A DNA stretch of 64,000 nucleotides from Cycas panzhihuaensis (taxonomy: Eukaryota; Plantae; Cycadophyta). The stretch is from NCBI GenBank assembly GCA_023213395.1, contig CM041465.1, positions 216,697,741 through 216,761,740 of the forward strand. The letters run 5' to 3'. Below, one piece after another: positions 1 through 12,982 of the stretch; position 1 is the stretch's first letter; every line of letters starts with the position of its first letter. A model generated the notes under the pieces. The model made no database searches and was not told the origin of the DNA. It saw nothing but the letters and a program-made list of their open reading frames with translations. Position numbers and translations under genes: made by a program.

Positions 1-1212
1 AAGACTGTGTTTCTTAATGGAGATCTTGAAGAAGAAATTTACATGGCTCAGCCAGAAGGATATGAGATCGAAGGTCAAGAGCATAAGGTTTACAGGCTCA
101 GAAAGTCCTTGTATGGCCTTAAACAAGCCCCTCATGCTTGGTTTGCCAAGTTGTCTGAAAGGATAAGGTAACTTGGATACGAGGTTTGTGACTATCAAGA
201 TATTGATGCAACGTTATTCATCAAGCGCCATAAGGATAAAGTCACTTATCTCATAATCTTTGTTGATGACATGCTAGTAACGAGTAATAGTGAACAGGTA
301 ATAAGCTAGCTGAAAAAGGACCTTGGCAAAATGTTTGAATTACCTGACCTTAGTTTGATGAAATATTACTTAGGAATTGAAGTAACACAAAAGAATGGAA
401 AAATTTTCCTCTCCCAAGAAAAATATATCAACGATCTTCTAACCAAGTTTCAGTTAGGAGATGTTCGACCAGTGATGTTACCTATGGATCCTAACACTAA
501 ACTCTCAGTTGAAGGTGACACTAGGGAGGCAGACGCAACACTCTATAGGAAAATTGTAGGTAGTCTCATCTACACTACCAATACAAGGCCAGATATTATA
601 CTATATGTCGACATTCTTTCTCGTTATATGACAAATCCTAAGCAGAATCATTGGCAGGCAGTAGTGCGAGTGTTGAGATACCTTAAGACGACCAGCAAAT
701 ATAGTCTATTGTATGAACCTAATTCAAACTTCAAGATTTCTACATACACAGACTCAAACTTTGTAAGAGATAAAGATACAGGAAGATCTATATCTAAGTA
801 TATAATGTTTCTTAGAATAGCACCAATATCATGGAGATCTAGACAGTAGAAGATAGTTGCAAATTCAACTACCGAAGTTAAATACATTGTTGCTTCCGAG
901 ACCAGTAAAGAGGTGATATGGCTAAGAAAATTATTGGAAATATTGAATATCACCCAAACAAGTCCTATGAGTCTTCATATGGATAATCAATTAGCAATTT
1001 GCATGGAAAAAAATCCTGTATTCTATGATCGTACCAAACACATAAGTACGAAAGTCTACAGGATTAAGGAACTTATTTATGACGGCACAATTCAATTAGA
1101 TTACTGCCCCACAGCAGATCAAGTGGTTGATATCTTCACCAAACTGTTGCAAAGGGTGAAGTTTAAACAGTTCCAAAGGTAGCTTGACCTTAGAACCTCC
1201 ATCTTCGATTGA
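1..1212 (+). mobile_element. Ty1/copia pol remnant (reverse transcriptase + RNase H), pseudogenised
   Basis: Frame 1 reads [40 protein letters not shown] (RT YxDD), YRKIVGSLIY..TRPDI, YTDS, MDNQLAI..NPVFYDRTKHI, PTADQVVDIFTK; in-frame stops at about 169, 307, 847 and 1180. Confidence 0.95.
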
Positions 1213-1646
1213 TAAAAGAAGATGGCAACAGGATCATCATACTCTATTCTCTTCATGAAAACCCCTTGTGGGCACAGAAGAATAAGAGTAAGTCTCTACT
1301 TTATCCTCTTTGTGAAAACCCCATGTGGGCACGGAAGGATAAAGGTTGTACTTATTTTAGAAAATTAGAACCTCTGAAAACCTAAAAGGGCATAGGGGAT
1401 GACCAAATAGTGTATGGAGACTTAGTAGATTAACCTGCACATTTAAGCTGCTTAGCTATTAGGCTACATCAAAGAGCCACCTTAGCCATTTTGATTTATA
1501 AAAGGGGCTATAGATCTTAGAAAGTTTGTGGGTTTTTATTCCCCATGAGGGTTTTCCCACAAAAGTGTCATTTAGAATTTCAAGGTAATAATGAGACTCA
1601 AATAAAGACCCCATATAATAGATTTTCTGAAAATGACCTTCCACCA

Positions 1647-1974
1647 TTAAGAGGGGAATTGAAAAAGGTTAATGTATCAAGGTTATTTGTGTAGATTAAT
1701 TATGTGACCTTAGGATATATTATTAGCATTAGTCTCTTAATGAAATGTACTTTATGTGCATTTAAATATAATTTTAGGTTCATGTCAATAGGCAGGAAAA
1801 TCCTAACCCTAATGCTCACCCTTAATAATAAAAGGTGAAATCTCGAGGAGGGATTTATAATTCATTCTCACCTCCAAGCTTACTCTCATATCTTGTTTTA
1901 TCTTCTTTTTCATTCTCCATTGCCATTGTGTGCATGTGAGTGATTTATCTCCTAGATCCATCCTTCCTTCAACA
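1647..1974 (+). repeat. Putative PPT (1647-1659) and 3' LTR (about 1660-1974) of the copia element
   Basis: TTAAGAGGGGAAT directly followed by TG downstream of RNase H; candidate ...TCAACA end; no partner LTR in the window to confirm it. Confidence 0.5.
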
Positions 1975-3586
1975 CTCACCCCCTTCGAGTCTAACCTAGT
2001 CTCCAAACTCTAATAAGAAAGGTATACACCTTAGCCTACCACCTATTACACCTTATAGCTAATGGTTTCCTCAGTAAATTAGAGTACACCAATAACGTGT
2101 ATGGGGTGGTAATTTCATGGGTCCTAATTGTTTCCCTTGTAAGGTTGGAATAAGGGTTATTAATTAGGAAGTTATCTTTTTTAATTTGAGAATATTAATT
2201 TTATGGTGTGAGTTATTACAAGCAAAATGTTCTTTTTAAGCAAACTAACTAAATATAAGTTAAAAATAAAGGAGATTAAAAGACAATAATGGGTTTAAAG
2301 TGCTCTTTGATAGGTCATGCACACCTATAAAAAACCAACACCATGCACTTGTTATCCTTAAAAAATAGAATTAGATAGTTGATTATAGATTAACAATAGT
2401 CTAAAGCAGCACAAGAACTTCTAAAAAATTGAAATTAGCCTTTAAAAAGTGAGAAAAAGACTCAAATAGGCTCAAACACCAAGGTCAACTTTAGTAGCTT
2501 ATAACTTTAGCAAAATGGCTTCAAATCTATCTCAATTTAATTCCAAGTTATAGAGCTTTGAATCCTCTTTTTGACGATCTAAACTATTTGGAAATTAGAC
2601 TCCCAGTTGTAGAGTTATAAATAAAATAGTGGAGGAACTCTGTTATAAGAAAAAATTTAAGAGAGATGGGCTTAAGCCCCTATAGAAACGAACCCTAGGT
2701 CACTTGCAGACTACATATGACCACCCGTTAATACAACTAGGGGGCTTTTGGACTTGAAATCTTATGAAATACAATATAATCTTTTTGAATATGCAAAAAA
2801 GATTCTAAGTAGCTAATTATCTTTTGGAGTCCACCTATTTTAATGAATAAATAAGATTATATAAGTGATTAAAGTGACTAAAATAGGGTACTAAAGGCTT
2901 GATTTCAAAGTAAAATCAAATATCCTTTTATTTCAATCACTAAAGGTTGAAACTATAATGAAATAATATGAAGTTCTTTTAGAAAAAGATGATCATAGAG
3001 GTCGCACAGCCTGCGCACAGTGATGCATGGCCTATGGAGGGAACAAGAGCCAAGAAACATACTTAAATGCTCACGGATTAATCTAAAATTATAGAGGGGG
3101 GATGCAAAAGGTAGGAACGCCCAATGGATGGTGTTTTAATGGAAAATAAGCTCATAATGACCTACAGAAAGCAAGAGGGTTGTGAGAGCCAAATAAAACA
3201 TAAATGACCTTAAGATAGCTTGGAACTTATCCAAATAGACTCTAGCATGTAGAAAATAAAGTTAAATAGCCACCAAGGAGGAAGATCTTACTTCAGTAGA
3301 TAGATTTCTCATGTTTAAGGGTTGTAATAGCTTGGAAACGAGCATTTTTCATTGTTTTTTGTATTAAAATTAAAACCTAACCATGTATGATTGTAAACAA
3401 ACTTAGTATCAGTTGTATGAGGTTTATATGCATTGAAGTAGGCTTACAGTTTGCATTAAGTCTGTAGTATACACTAATATTTAAGCAAAAACTGAAAAAA
3501 TAATTGAAAACAAGATGCCATTATGAGGGAGCATGCCTCCATTCATCAATATTTGCTCAAAAACCTTTAAATCAAAGTACAAACTA

Positions 3587-3988
3587 GCTTTGATACCATG
3601 CAAAAAACCTCCAAGATCTAGAAAACAAGTGCTATTGATCAAATATTAAGTTATAATATCTAAATAATATAATAAACATGCAAGAACATGAGAAGAATTG
3701 AGATAAATAATAATCACAGGCAAATTGGTCACTACGTGAGGCTCAATTTGAGTAGAGCTTCTACATATACTTCAAGATTATATACAAAAGAATGATACGA
3801 GACTAAATTTAGAAGAAACCCATTAATGTTTCAAGGATTACAATTGGCTGACTAAATAGCACAAGCGGCAGACTTGACTTGATTATACAATAAGATTAAA
3901 TTTGCATTGAGGGTCACCTAAAGTTATAATATGTATAAAATAAACATAAATTTACATGAAATGAGGATGTTATTATAATGTTTTAACA
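3587..3988 (-). mobile_element. tRNA-iMet PBS (3587-3598) with adjoining putative 5' LTR of a minus-strand element
   Basis: GCTTTGATACCA-TG = reverse complement of CA-TGGTATCAAAGC; far LTR end (TTAACA, about 3988) is a guess. Confidence 0.45.
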
Positions 3989-4029
3989 TAAATAATATGA
4001 AAGGATTAGTCAAGGAGTTATTGGTACTA

Positions 4030-5131
4030 TAAGTCCCTGAGGTTTACAACCACTAAATTCCTAATATAACATCAAATCCACCTATCGATAACGTGTAGAA
4101 GTCTGAGATCATAAGGTAAGTGCCAATTTGGATGTATAAGTTTTTTTATCACACTAGTACAATAGAGATTTTGGTACCCTAATAAGGAGCAGATGAAGTT
4201 AGTCTTAGGGATAATATAAAGGTATAGTTATTAGACTAATGAGATGTCAATAAAATTCAAGGACATACCATCATAAATAAGGATTAACATTAAAGTTTTG
4301 TAGAGGATGCCCTTGACTCGTAAGGGTTCAGGACAAGAGGAGGAGGCTATGGTTGAGAGGGATACTTCAGTTGAGGCACAAGGGTGGGATCTTCTAAGAA
4401 GCCATCATCAGCCTTATGCTCAAAATTAGAATTAGAATATTCATTCAGGGACACGGTGGGGTTGATAGAAAAGACCATATGCCTCGCTTTACAAATGTGA
4501 CCATACTTGGTAATCTATTTTTCTGAGCATTGAATATATAGACTGGCCTCTATTTGACATTGTACTTCTACTTATGATATTTAGACTATTTTTTGTGAAG
4601 ATTCTTTAACCTAATAATCTATTGTAGGATGGCCTAGATCATCAAGTCATAGTCATTGACATTAAAAATCTATTTGTGGTTAAGTTACATCATCAAATTA
4701 AGGTTGAGGCTATTGGAAGTCTAATTAATATGATCTTGAGAACTAAGGGTTGTCTCATTGAGTGGGTAAGGGTCATTTAGCCACAAATTCTACCTCTACT
4801 ACTCAAACCATTTTCATCACTTCCTTAAGAGAGTTGACGACTATGTCTTAAAGTACATCTAAATACTGTCCTAAAGACTTGCTATATAATTGTCTATCAA
4901 AGTTTATTTATCTAGGCCTTGGCTTTAAGGGGATTGATTATATAGTACTTGGAATTCATTTATGAAGACCTCAATTGATGATATTTATTTGAGCCATATT
5001 AATTGAGTTAAGAATGATTGGCTCCAAGTGTCCTCATATTACTCAAAGAAATAATTGGTGAAGTATGACCATGTTCAATCTGAAGGATATTATTTTTTCT
5101 ACTAACTAAACCAGTGATGAAATTTTCCATC
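4030..5131 (-). mobile_element. Degenerate chromovirus-type Ty3/gypsy gag-protease remnant
   Basis: Minus-strand translation gives DFYTLSIGGFDVILGI*WL*TSG (gypsy aspartic protease), a decayed Cys/His knuckle (QCSEK..GHICK) and gag DGKFHHWF..TWSYF; cut at 5132 by the next element. Confidence 0.75.
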
Positions 5132-5513
5132 TGGAAGTGTGTCTATAGGGGGTCACTAAGATCTCAGTACTCTTATTAATCACAAAGATCAATAAATGAA
5201 GAGGTTAGGAATGGGAGAAGATGAAACTACCCTCAAAGGGCATCTGCATGTCAGAATGCAAGTTCAAGGGCCTGCAACTACACGTTACCCTTTCTCTTTC
5301 CTTTAAGTAACTTTCTCAATATGAATGAGGGGAAGAAGGCATCCTTGGGTGACTGAGTAGCCTAAACAAGTCTCTCCTATCCTCAGAGGAAGAGAAGAGA
5401 CGTTAAATCTCCTTTCAAAAAAGGAAACCAGGGAAGGAGAGGAGTCCCTTTGAAAAGGGACTTAGGGTGATAATAAGGCAAGGGGTGACAGCTTTAGATG
5501 GTCTGTTTGGAGC
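5132..5513. repeat. LTR segment A, copy 1 (direct repeat of 23057-23438)
   Basis: About 380 bp alignable by eye, from TGGAAGTGTGTCTATAGGGGGTCA / TGAAAGCACGCCTATAGGGGGTCA to ...TTTGGAGC. Confidence 0.9.
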
Positions 5514-7911
5514 ATGGATGCACGTTTACGGGATGGCCACTATGCTCAATAGGAATGAAGATAGTCAACAACTAATGTTGAGGGTGTGGATGAGAACCTA
5601 TAAGCAAAGGGATCACCACGCAAGGTGTCCGTGTGCTGAAGCGTGAGTTCGGGACCCACGAATGACACCCAACTACCTTGGAGTAGCTTTCAATCTAAAA
5701 TAAAAAATGCATGCAGGGGTAGCCTGGATGGTCTCAAGAGGAAGGTCCTCCCACCCTTGGATGGCCGGAAGGGAAGGAGAGGAATCCTCAATGGGGTTTC
5801 CTATGACAAAGGAGAACAAAGGTGACACGGTATAGACAAAGGGCCTAGGATGAATGTGAGTAAGCTTCCCTAGATTATTTGGTTTAGACAAATATAACTA
5901 AGACAAAGAGTAAGAAATAGACTAAAAAATGGTAACTCTTTCATTTTCTCTCTCTTTCACTCAATATGCAAAGGACAAGAGAAAACAAAAGGAAGTACAA
6001 GTGTTTCATATGCAGGCAAGCAAGCTAGATGAAATGCATCTATGGGTGTTTTTCAAGATGGGTAGGAGGAAGGGGAAGGAATGTATTTCCTACTATGCCC
6101 TTTCCTATAAAAAAGCAAACATGCAACGTTCTTATGCAAAAGATGTAAGTAGCTAATTGATTTCTCTTTTTTGCTCTTATGTGACCTATTAGATTAATAT
6201 AATAGATTTTGTACAAAAGCAAAAAAGGAAAAGAGGTGACGGGAAAAAGGGACGGAATGTACCTAGAAAGTATGGCAGTCAATGAAGGACCTCTCTCATG
6301 TGCAACGTATGCCCTCCTGCCAATCGGTTGGTGTATGACCAAGGTTGATGTGGTGGATAGGGACTTCCTTACCTTCCCCTTATGAAAGATAAGCAGAACA
6401 TAAAAGATAAAGGAAGCAAACGAAGCGAAGAAAAAAAGGAGGGTAAAGGCTTACCTGGGATCAGATATCTTTTCCTTTTACGGATGTTGCTTTGAACCTG
6501 CACATACAAGAGTTTCTCCCTTCTAAGAAAGGGCTGCAAGAAGGCTATATGTATGCAAATATATGTAATGCAAATGCTAAAACATTATATTTAAATTAAA
6601 GTAACTATTGTTGCAAACAACTCAACTTTCCTCAAAGTAAACACACACATCAAGCAAGAAAAAGGGAAGGGCAGCCTCAGGATGGTAAAACCCTCCGCTA
6701 AAGTTCTCCACGCAACCTTTAGGTATAGCAAGGTAGGGGCATGTGGTAGTTTATGGACAGCCAACAAACATGAGAATGTATGGAGCAAGATGTTGGAGAG
6801 GTACCAAGGTAACAGAGTCACTATGGATAGTGGCCTGTCACACAAGTCTCACCCAATACCCTAAGGGATACCAGGCAAAGTTAGGGGCATGAAGGAGGCC
6901 CAAAAGAGGGGTGTGCAGGCCTAAAGATAGCACAGTAAGGGCTGCATACGCTGACATCCAGCGCAGGCCAAGACTCCACCCTCTCCTAGTTAACTCAAGG
7001 GAAGTATGGAAGCAAGAGAAGAAAGACGGGGAGGGGTTTGCCCTTAGGGAGTAGGTTTGAGTGGGATGGATCCTACCTTACTCCCTTTGCTGAGTCTTTA
7101 TGAGCCTTCTCCCACTGCTTTCTTGAGGAAAACTAGCAAAGAAATGGGGTGGAAATAGGAGAGCACAAAGCTAAACTTAAAGAAAGATAATTTCTACTAC
7201 AGCCAAAATGGAAGACAGTAGGAAAATATACTTGAAAATTAGTCCAATATGGAAAGAATACACATAAAACTCTAAAAATAAGACCAAAGGTACCTGTTGG
7301 GCTAAGTCTAGGGAGGATTTTCCACTGCAACCAGCGAGAAAGAGGAAGTCCTGTAGGGTTTACAGGAGGTTTCCCTAAGAAAGGTTATAGAAGGCACTTG
7401 TTGAGGTGTAATTGAAGGAGAACCACAAAAATCTTACTTGAAAGTGCTTAGAGGAGGGCCTCCCATAATAGAGAAGAGTTATTGTAGGCACATCCTAAGC
7501 TAGAGCAGTAGGAAACATAGGATTGTAGATGCACCTATGGAAGGGAAGAGGAAAAGAGCATAAACACAGCAGTAGAATGTGAAATTGGGGAGCCACGAGC
7601 GGTGAAATGATGATCTTTTTAGGTTTTATACCTATCTCAACCCTAATCGAGTGTTTAGGGCATGAATAGGGCTGAGCTGGGCACGTGGCCACGTGGTAAT
7701 TTCATGAAAAAAATCAGAATTACCATGGCATATATAAAAAATAAGTTGCAACAACAGCCTTTGTGATAAAGTTTCTTGATGTGAGAACTTCGTGGTACCA
7801 CTTATTTTACAATGGTGTGAGACCAGGAAGCCAAAATGGCCACAATTAAGATTATGGGAGCCCTAAAAGGTGATGTGGTAAGCTTGGGAGGGGTTGGCCC
7901 TCCTGTCCAGA

Positions 7912-8318
7912 TGGCTAGGGATAGTCTGGGAGGCATACGAACTAGACCAAATGAACCATCAAGGGCTAAAGTTCCCAGAAATGTCATGATAGGGACACAG
8001 GATCAAGGTATGAGCAGATCATACAAGTCAAATGAGGCTTAAGGCGATGTGCAAGTAGTGCAGAGGGTCGTAGAGTTCCATGGGGATGCCTACCTTGCAG
8101 AAAGGTAGGTCCCACGGGTCGTCATAGGCTCACAATACGATAAGCAGTATGATCAAGCAGTGGATGCAAGATGATCATACAAATGAAGCAAGTAATCATG
8201 CAATGAGGCAATACTTCCATCAACCTTTACAAAGAAATAATAAAAGTGAAAAGGAAGAAGCATACCTGTGCTTACCTGAGTCAACCCGTCTGTATCCATT
8301 CCTAGTAGCTAGGAAACA
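7912..8318. repeat. 407-bp direct repeat, copy 1 (copy 2 at 12983-13389)
   Basis: TGGCTAGGGA...GGAAACA alignable without obvious gaps in both copies. Confidence 0.9.
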
Positions 8319-8769
8319 CTGACCCCTTGGCAGTAGAGCCTCGCTGCTCGGAAGCATAGTGCGATGGTGAATGATGGCAACAAAGTTGTCAGTAGCACAT
8401 GTGTATGTATATATATAAATCATGATCACAACAAGAGTCAATGGTGCCAGTGAGTGTCGTGACGGGACACATGGATATAAGGACAAAGGTGGAGACAACA
8501 TAGGGGTAGCCTATGTGCCACCCGAGAATCAACTAGAAGTTGTGAAGGATGGGGGGGGGTTACCCCCATCGTCAAATTACAAAGAGAAGTGCATGATGGT
8601 ATCAAGAGAAAAAGGTAAATGAGCAAACTTGATAATCGCCATAGTTTAACCTCATTAGCAGCTAGCTTTCAGAGGTGTGAGCAGGTCGTAAGAAGAAATA
8701 CAAGATGACCTAAGACTTGGGCAACCAGGCAAGTCTCAAAGGTAGTCAGTAAGAAGAGGAAAGCAGCGC

Positions 8770-9158
8770 TCAAGGATGAGGCAAACAAGGTTGTCTGCCC
8801 CAGCGTTGAGGGCCTTAGGGATGTGTCGAATGTCAATAGACTAAAAACAAGCTAATAGGGACCTAGCAGTCGAAGTGAGGGCTCTCAGGCATGGGCATCA
8901 CACCTGGTAAACCTGGGTGAGATGGGACACCACCACCTGGGAGTCGCAAAAATGAACGATAGATCCATGATGGAAACAGAGTACATCAGTGAGGACTTCG
9001 ATAACGACCATGTACTCGGCTTCGTTATTGGTGGCCTCAAGGAGGAAGATCCCAGAACATAGAAAATCATGCATGGAAGGGTCACGGAGAATCCATACGG
9101 CGGTAGAAGGACCGGGATTACCGCGGCTCCCACCATCTGTAAAGATAAAGAGAGTCAT
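8770..9158 (-). pseudogene. Stand-alone archaeal-type RNase HI (aRH) domain, Tat-lineage type
   Basis: FTDGGSRGNPGP..ATNNEAEY..CDSQVVV..YQV, then after a stop and a 1-nt frameshift F*SIDIRHIPKALNAGADNLV; all four catalytic acidic residues (D,E,D,D) present. Confidence 0.9.
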
Positions 9159-10447
9159 GGACAAGGAAAGAAAGTGTCTCAATAGAAAAATGTACAGTAA
9201 AGTAGGAGTCAAAGCAAAACAGGCTCATATGACAAGCAGTAAATGCCTGTGAAAGATAGGAGGACCTAGCAATAAGGCTACCCAAAGAGAGGAGTAGGCT
9301 ATCCGACCACTGGCTGAGAGCAGGTAGTAAAAGGACACCTTAGGATGCCAAAGGTTGCTTAAGAAAGTAAAGAATAACTCTGAATGGAGGGAGTGTTCCC
9401 TTTAGAGACCCCAAGAGCAGGAACGAGATATAAAAGCGAGTCCAGGATGGTGAAACAAGCCAAACGAGTATAAACTCAGGCATGAATAGTGACAGTACAC
9501 AAAACGAGACAAAAGGACCCTACAAAAATGCATCGATGAGGTACCATTAATGTACCTAAAGGAACAAGCGAAACGAAGGCTATGGAAATGCAACAGGAAG
9601 CAGGGCCAGAAGGCAATGATGATCAGGGATGAGAAAGATCCCAATAGCTACCATAGAAGTGGAAATAGAGAAAGTGCCCATCGGGGCCCCCACCTATATA
9701 AGAAAAATCAATGAAAATGGGATTCATTTTCATGGGATCTCGAATGAATTCAGAGTCCCTCCCTTATGCAACAGAGCACCACCCAACTTCAGGGACATGC
9801 GAAGAGAGATTCGACCATTAGATCGAGGCCAGAAAACAGCTGTCAGGACCAGAGCTACAAGATGGCGAGCACTCGACTAGACCTAGTGAGTGGATCTTCA
9901 AAACCATAGCCCATCTTGTGATTTAAAGTTTATAGCTTTTTACTATTTTTTATGTAGTTTTTGGGCCCTGTATGGGTAAGGAATGATCTCTAGGAGTCCA
10001 AATTGAACCCAGAGAGAGGCAGGATCGGGGCATTAGGCAGCCCTGGTCCTAGTGGGCCTGGTTTTGGCTCACTTTAAAAGATTTTTTGGGTTTTCTGGGT
10101 GGAAAACCTCCCCTTTTGGGGGGGTGGCATTCGCACCGCAGCAAATATCGCGGTGCCGCGATCTTTACCACAGGGCCCTAATCGCCGCAGGACCGAGGCC
10201 AAACTCTGTGGTACTATGAAGTTTGGCACGGTGCGAAGGCAGAACTACTGAAAAATGAAGATGGGGGCCCAAGGGTCCCTAAATATCTATTGAATGAGGT
10301 TGAAAGACAGTCAAGAGGATGAGGGGCGAGCATAGGTCAAAGTCTAGCTTGTTTCACTATGCTTTGTAGGTTGTGATCGCAGTGGAGAACTGCGAGAACA
10401 TAGGTATGGCTATGCTTAGCTTCATTGAGATGATGACTCGGGAGGAT

Positions 10448-12190
10448 ATGAAGATCCTAGCGAGGTGTGCCTTGCTGAAGGTCATGAGGATACCCAAATA
10501 CACATCAGATTAGAGATTACTAGTGGATATAGTGTCTCATTAGGATAGACGAAGGCATGTCTTCTATCTACCCCAAGTAGGGGATGTATCGGTGACACCA
10601 GGAGATATCAGGAGGATACTAGGGGTACCGGCAACAAGGAGGATGGCAATACTAAGAGCATTGCCCAGCAACGAGGCAACACATAGGGAGGCTACTACTT
10701 TCTTTATAAGTTCAGACAGGTGGGAGAGGCGAGGGATACCTCTCCAGAGCATGGTGATGTCGAGGATCCCTCGAGTGAGGAAGTTGATCACGTTATGCGT
10801 TCTGTTTTCAGATATCCAAGAAACGGAACTATAAGGATATACCGGGTGGTTGGATGGATGCAGTACGCCAGTGTGGGGCAGGAGAGAGGTTGGACTAGGC
10901 TACTCTCATAGCAGCAAACCTCGTCGTGCAACTGAATGCCATTCGAGTAGTAGGAAAGGGCGGACTATCATATAGTACCCTACTACAGTGCTAGTTTTTC
11001 GACCACTTTGGAGCAGTGGCACTGATAGGGGGACCACGCCTTATCTCAGAGTGGGCCCCAATGGTACACAGGTGGCAGACTAGGTTTAGAGGGGTTGAGG
11101 ACCAGGCTTATATCCATCGCTCAGTGGAGGCCACATCGTTAGACCTCCTCACCATGACAGACTACATAGCAGACCCATATAGAGCGGTGAGGTGGGATAG
11201 TGATGATGAAGTAGGTGAGGCAGGAGTGCCCCAAGGAGATGACGAGGGCAGCGATGGAGGTGATGGGGTTGGCCCATCATGAGCTACAGGAGAGGTAGGT
11301 CTATCAGGGACCACAGGTAGAGAGGTAGGCCCATCAGGGACTGCAGGCGAAGAGGCAGGCCCCTCAGGAGCTGCGGAGGAGAGCAGGGGCCCAGTCAGGA
11401 GGTCCGGAGAGGTGGCTACACCAACTGAGGAGAGGAGGGACCTGCAGCTGGTGGAGTGCCTGGGGTAGAGGCAGTCACCCGAGTAGAGGAGCCGGTAGCC
11501 ACACCAGGTGAGACATGACTAACTCTTGTTATCGTTTAATTGCCAGATACACATATATAGTTTGATTTTGATTCGATATATGTATAGACATGTACTGATA
11601 TATGACATGTTGGATTTGCAGGTATAGCGGATATCCAGAGACTAGTGGAGGTAATAGTCTGGGAGATATTCCCCTGGGCCTACGCAGAGGGGTAGCCTCC
11701 CATCCAGGCTGGTGATGACCCTAGATCAGTAGGCGCCCATATGGTAGCGTTCACCCCATTGGTGAGGGCGAGGGACATATGGATTTCAGAGTCCCAGGAG
11801 TATGAGGCATGTGTGGGATAGAAACAAGCAGAGCTGGATACTACCCAGGCTCAGAGGGATTCCCTATAGAGTTGGGTACAGGCACTCGAGGCTCAGGGAG
11901 GAGCCAGAGGAGATACAGAGAGCCGTATCCAACTGGTGGTGATGGAGGAGTATCTCAGAAGGATGGAGAAGAGGCTCTGCAGTGTCAAGAGTGATCGAGA
12001 TTGTATCCAAGCCCGGTCGATGAGGAGTAGGACACATACTCACACAGTGGTGATGACCCCGAGGAGGCCACGAGATGAGGGGAGTGAGGCTGAAGGCTCT
12101 CGAAGACTGAGGAGGAGTTTAGGAGGGATGTGGTCCCTAAGAGAGGGATCACATCGACCAAGAGATGATGTTCTAGGGGCAGGGCAGTAG
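10448..12190 (+). pseudogene. Plant mobile domain (PMD, aminotransferase-like) accessory gene, copy 1, antisense to the retroelement, with intron 11508-11621
   Basis: LLVDIVSH*DRRRHVFYLPQVGDVSVTPGDIRRILGVP, D*ATLIAANL and LLQC*FFDHF match the PMD pattern W..ethtFhlp.GEmtiTl.Dv..ilGLp...W...LLq.W; acidic EVGPSG-repeat tail; GTGAG...TTGCAG AT-rich intron; coiled-coil-like last exon. Confidence 0.8.
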
Positions 12191-12982
12191 TAGAGTAGTA
12201 TATAGGAGTTTTATTTTAGACAAGGGAAAGCACGGACCTCCAAGGAGTCACCATATGTAGTCACATGATTATACCCTTCCTGCAAGGATACCAGCTTCCC
12301 ACGGATGATGTACCATACCATTTATACAATATGGCACATGGTTATTTCTATGTATATAAATGGGGTGATTGGTATCCCGATTGATATATAATGATGTGTA
12401 TCATAATATGTGATAGATAATATGTATGTTTTTGTTTACTTGTTTATGTATGTGTATGCACGAGGGTGTACAGATGCATGAGGATATGTATGATTATGCT
12501 TTGAGATGATGATTGTATGAGTATGATATTTATTTGAGTTATACACATTTCCTTTCATGTAGGGCCATATTCCCAGCAGAGACACACATGATCACCATGA
12601 GTAGCGGCGATAGATACATGTGAGGCTAGGAGATAGGGAAGCATACATATCCACATGGGAGCATAGCGGGATATGTAAAGGAAATGCCAAATAGGACAGG
12701 AGCGACGACACTCCACAATGTCATCCTAATTAGGAGCATTGCCCAAATAGGAGGACAAGGTTCAGAGGGAAATGGGAACAAGGGTTTCGCGGGAGGAACT
12801 AAAAGGAACGAGAGAGCCATTCTAAGCCACCATTCCACCTGTGGCTAGGAGGAATAGGAACAAGCTTAGGATGGTAGTTTAGTCTCATTTCGGAGTGTGG
12901 CAAGGGTAACAAAGAAATCATGTGTAGAATTTTTTAAGGAATTTCCCATTAACAGCTTTCTCAAACTCGAGGCCCTCTAGAC

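Noticed and set aside
8898-9212. Horizontally acquired bacterial/archaeal rnhA
   Set aside because: Embedded in a Tat-like retroelement, a lineage known to carry this RNase H type; no prokaryotic context
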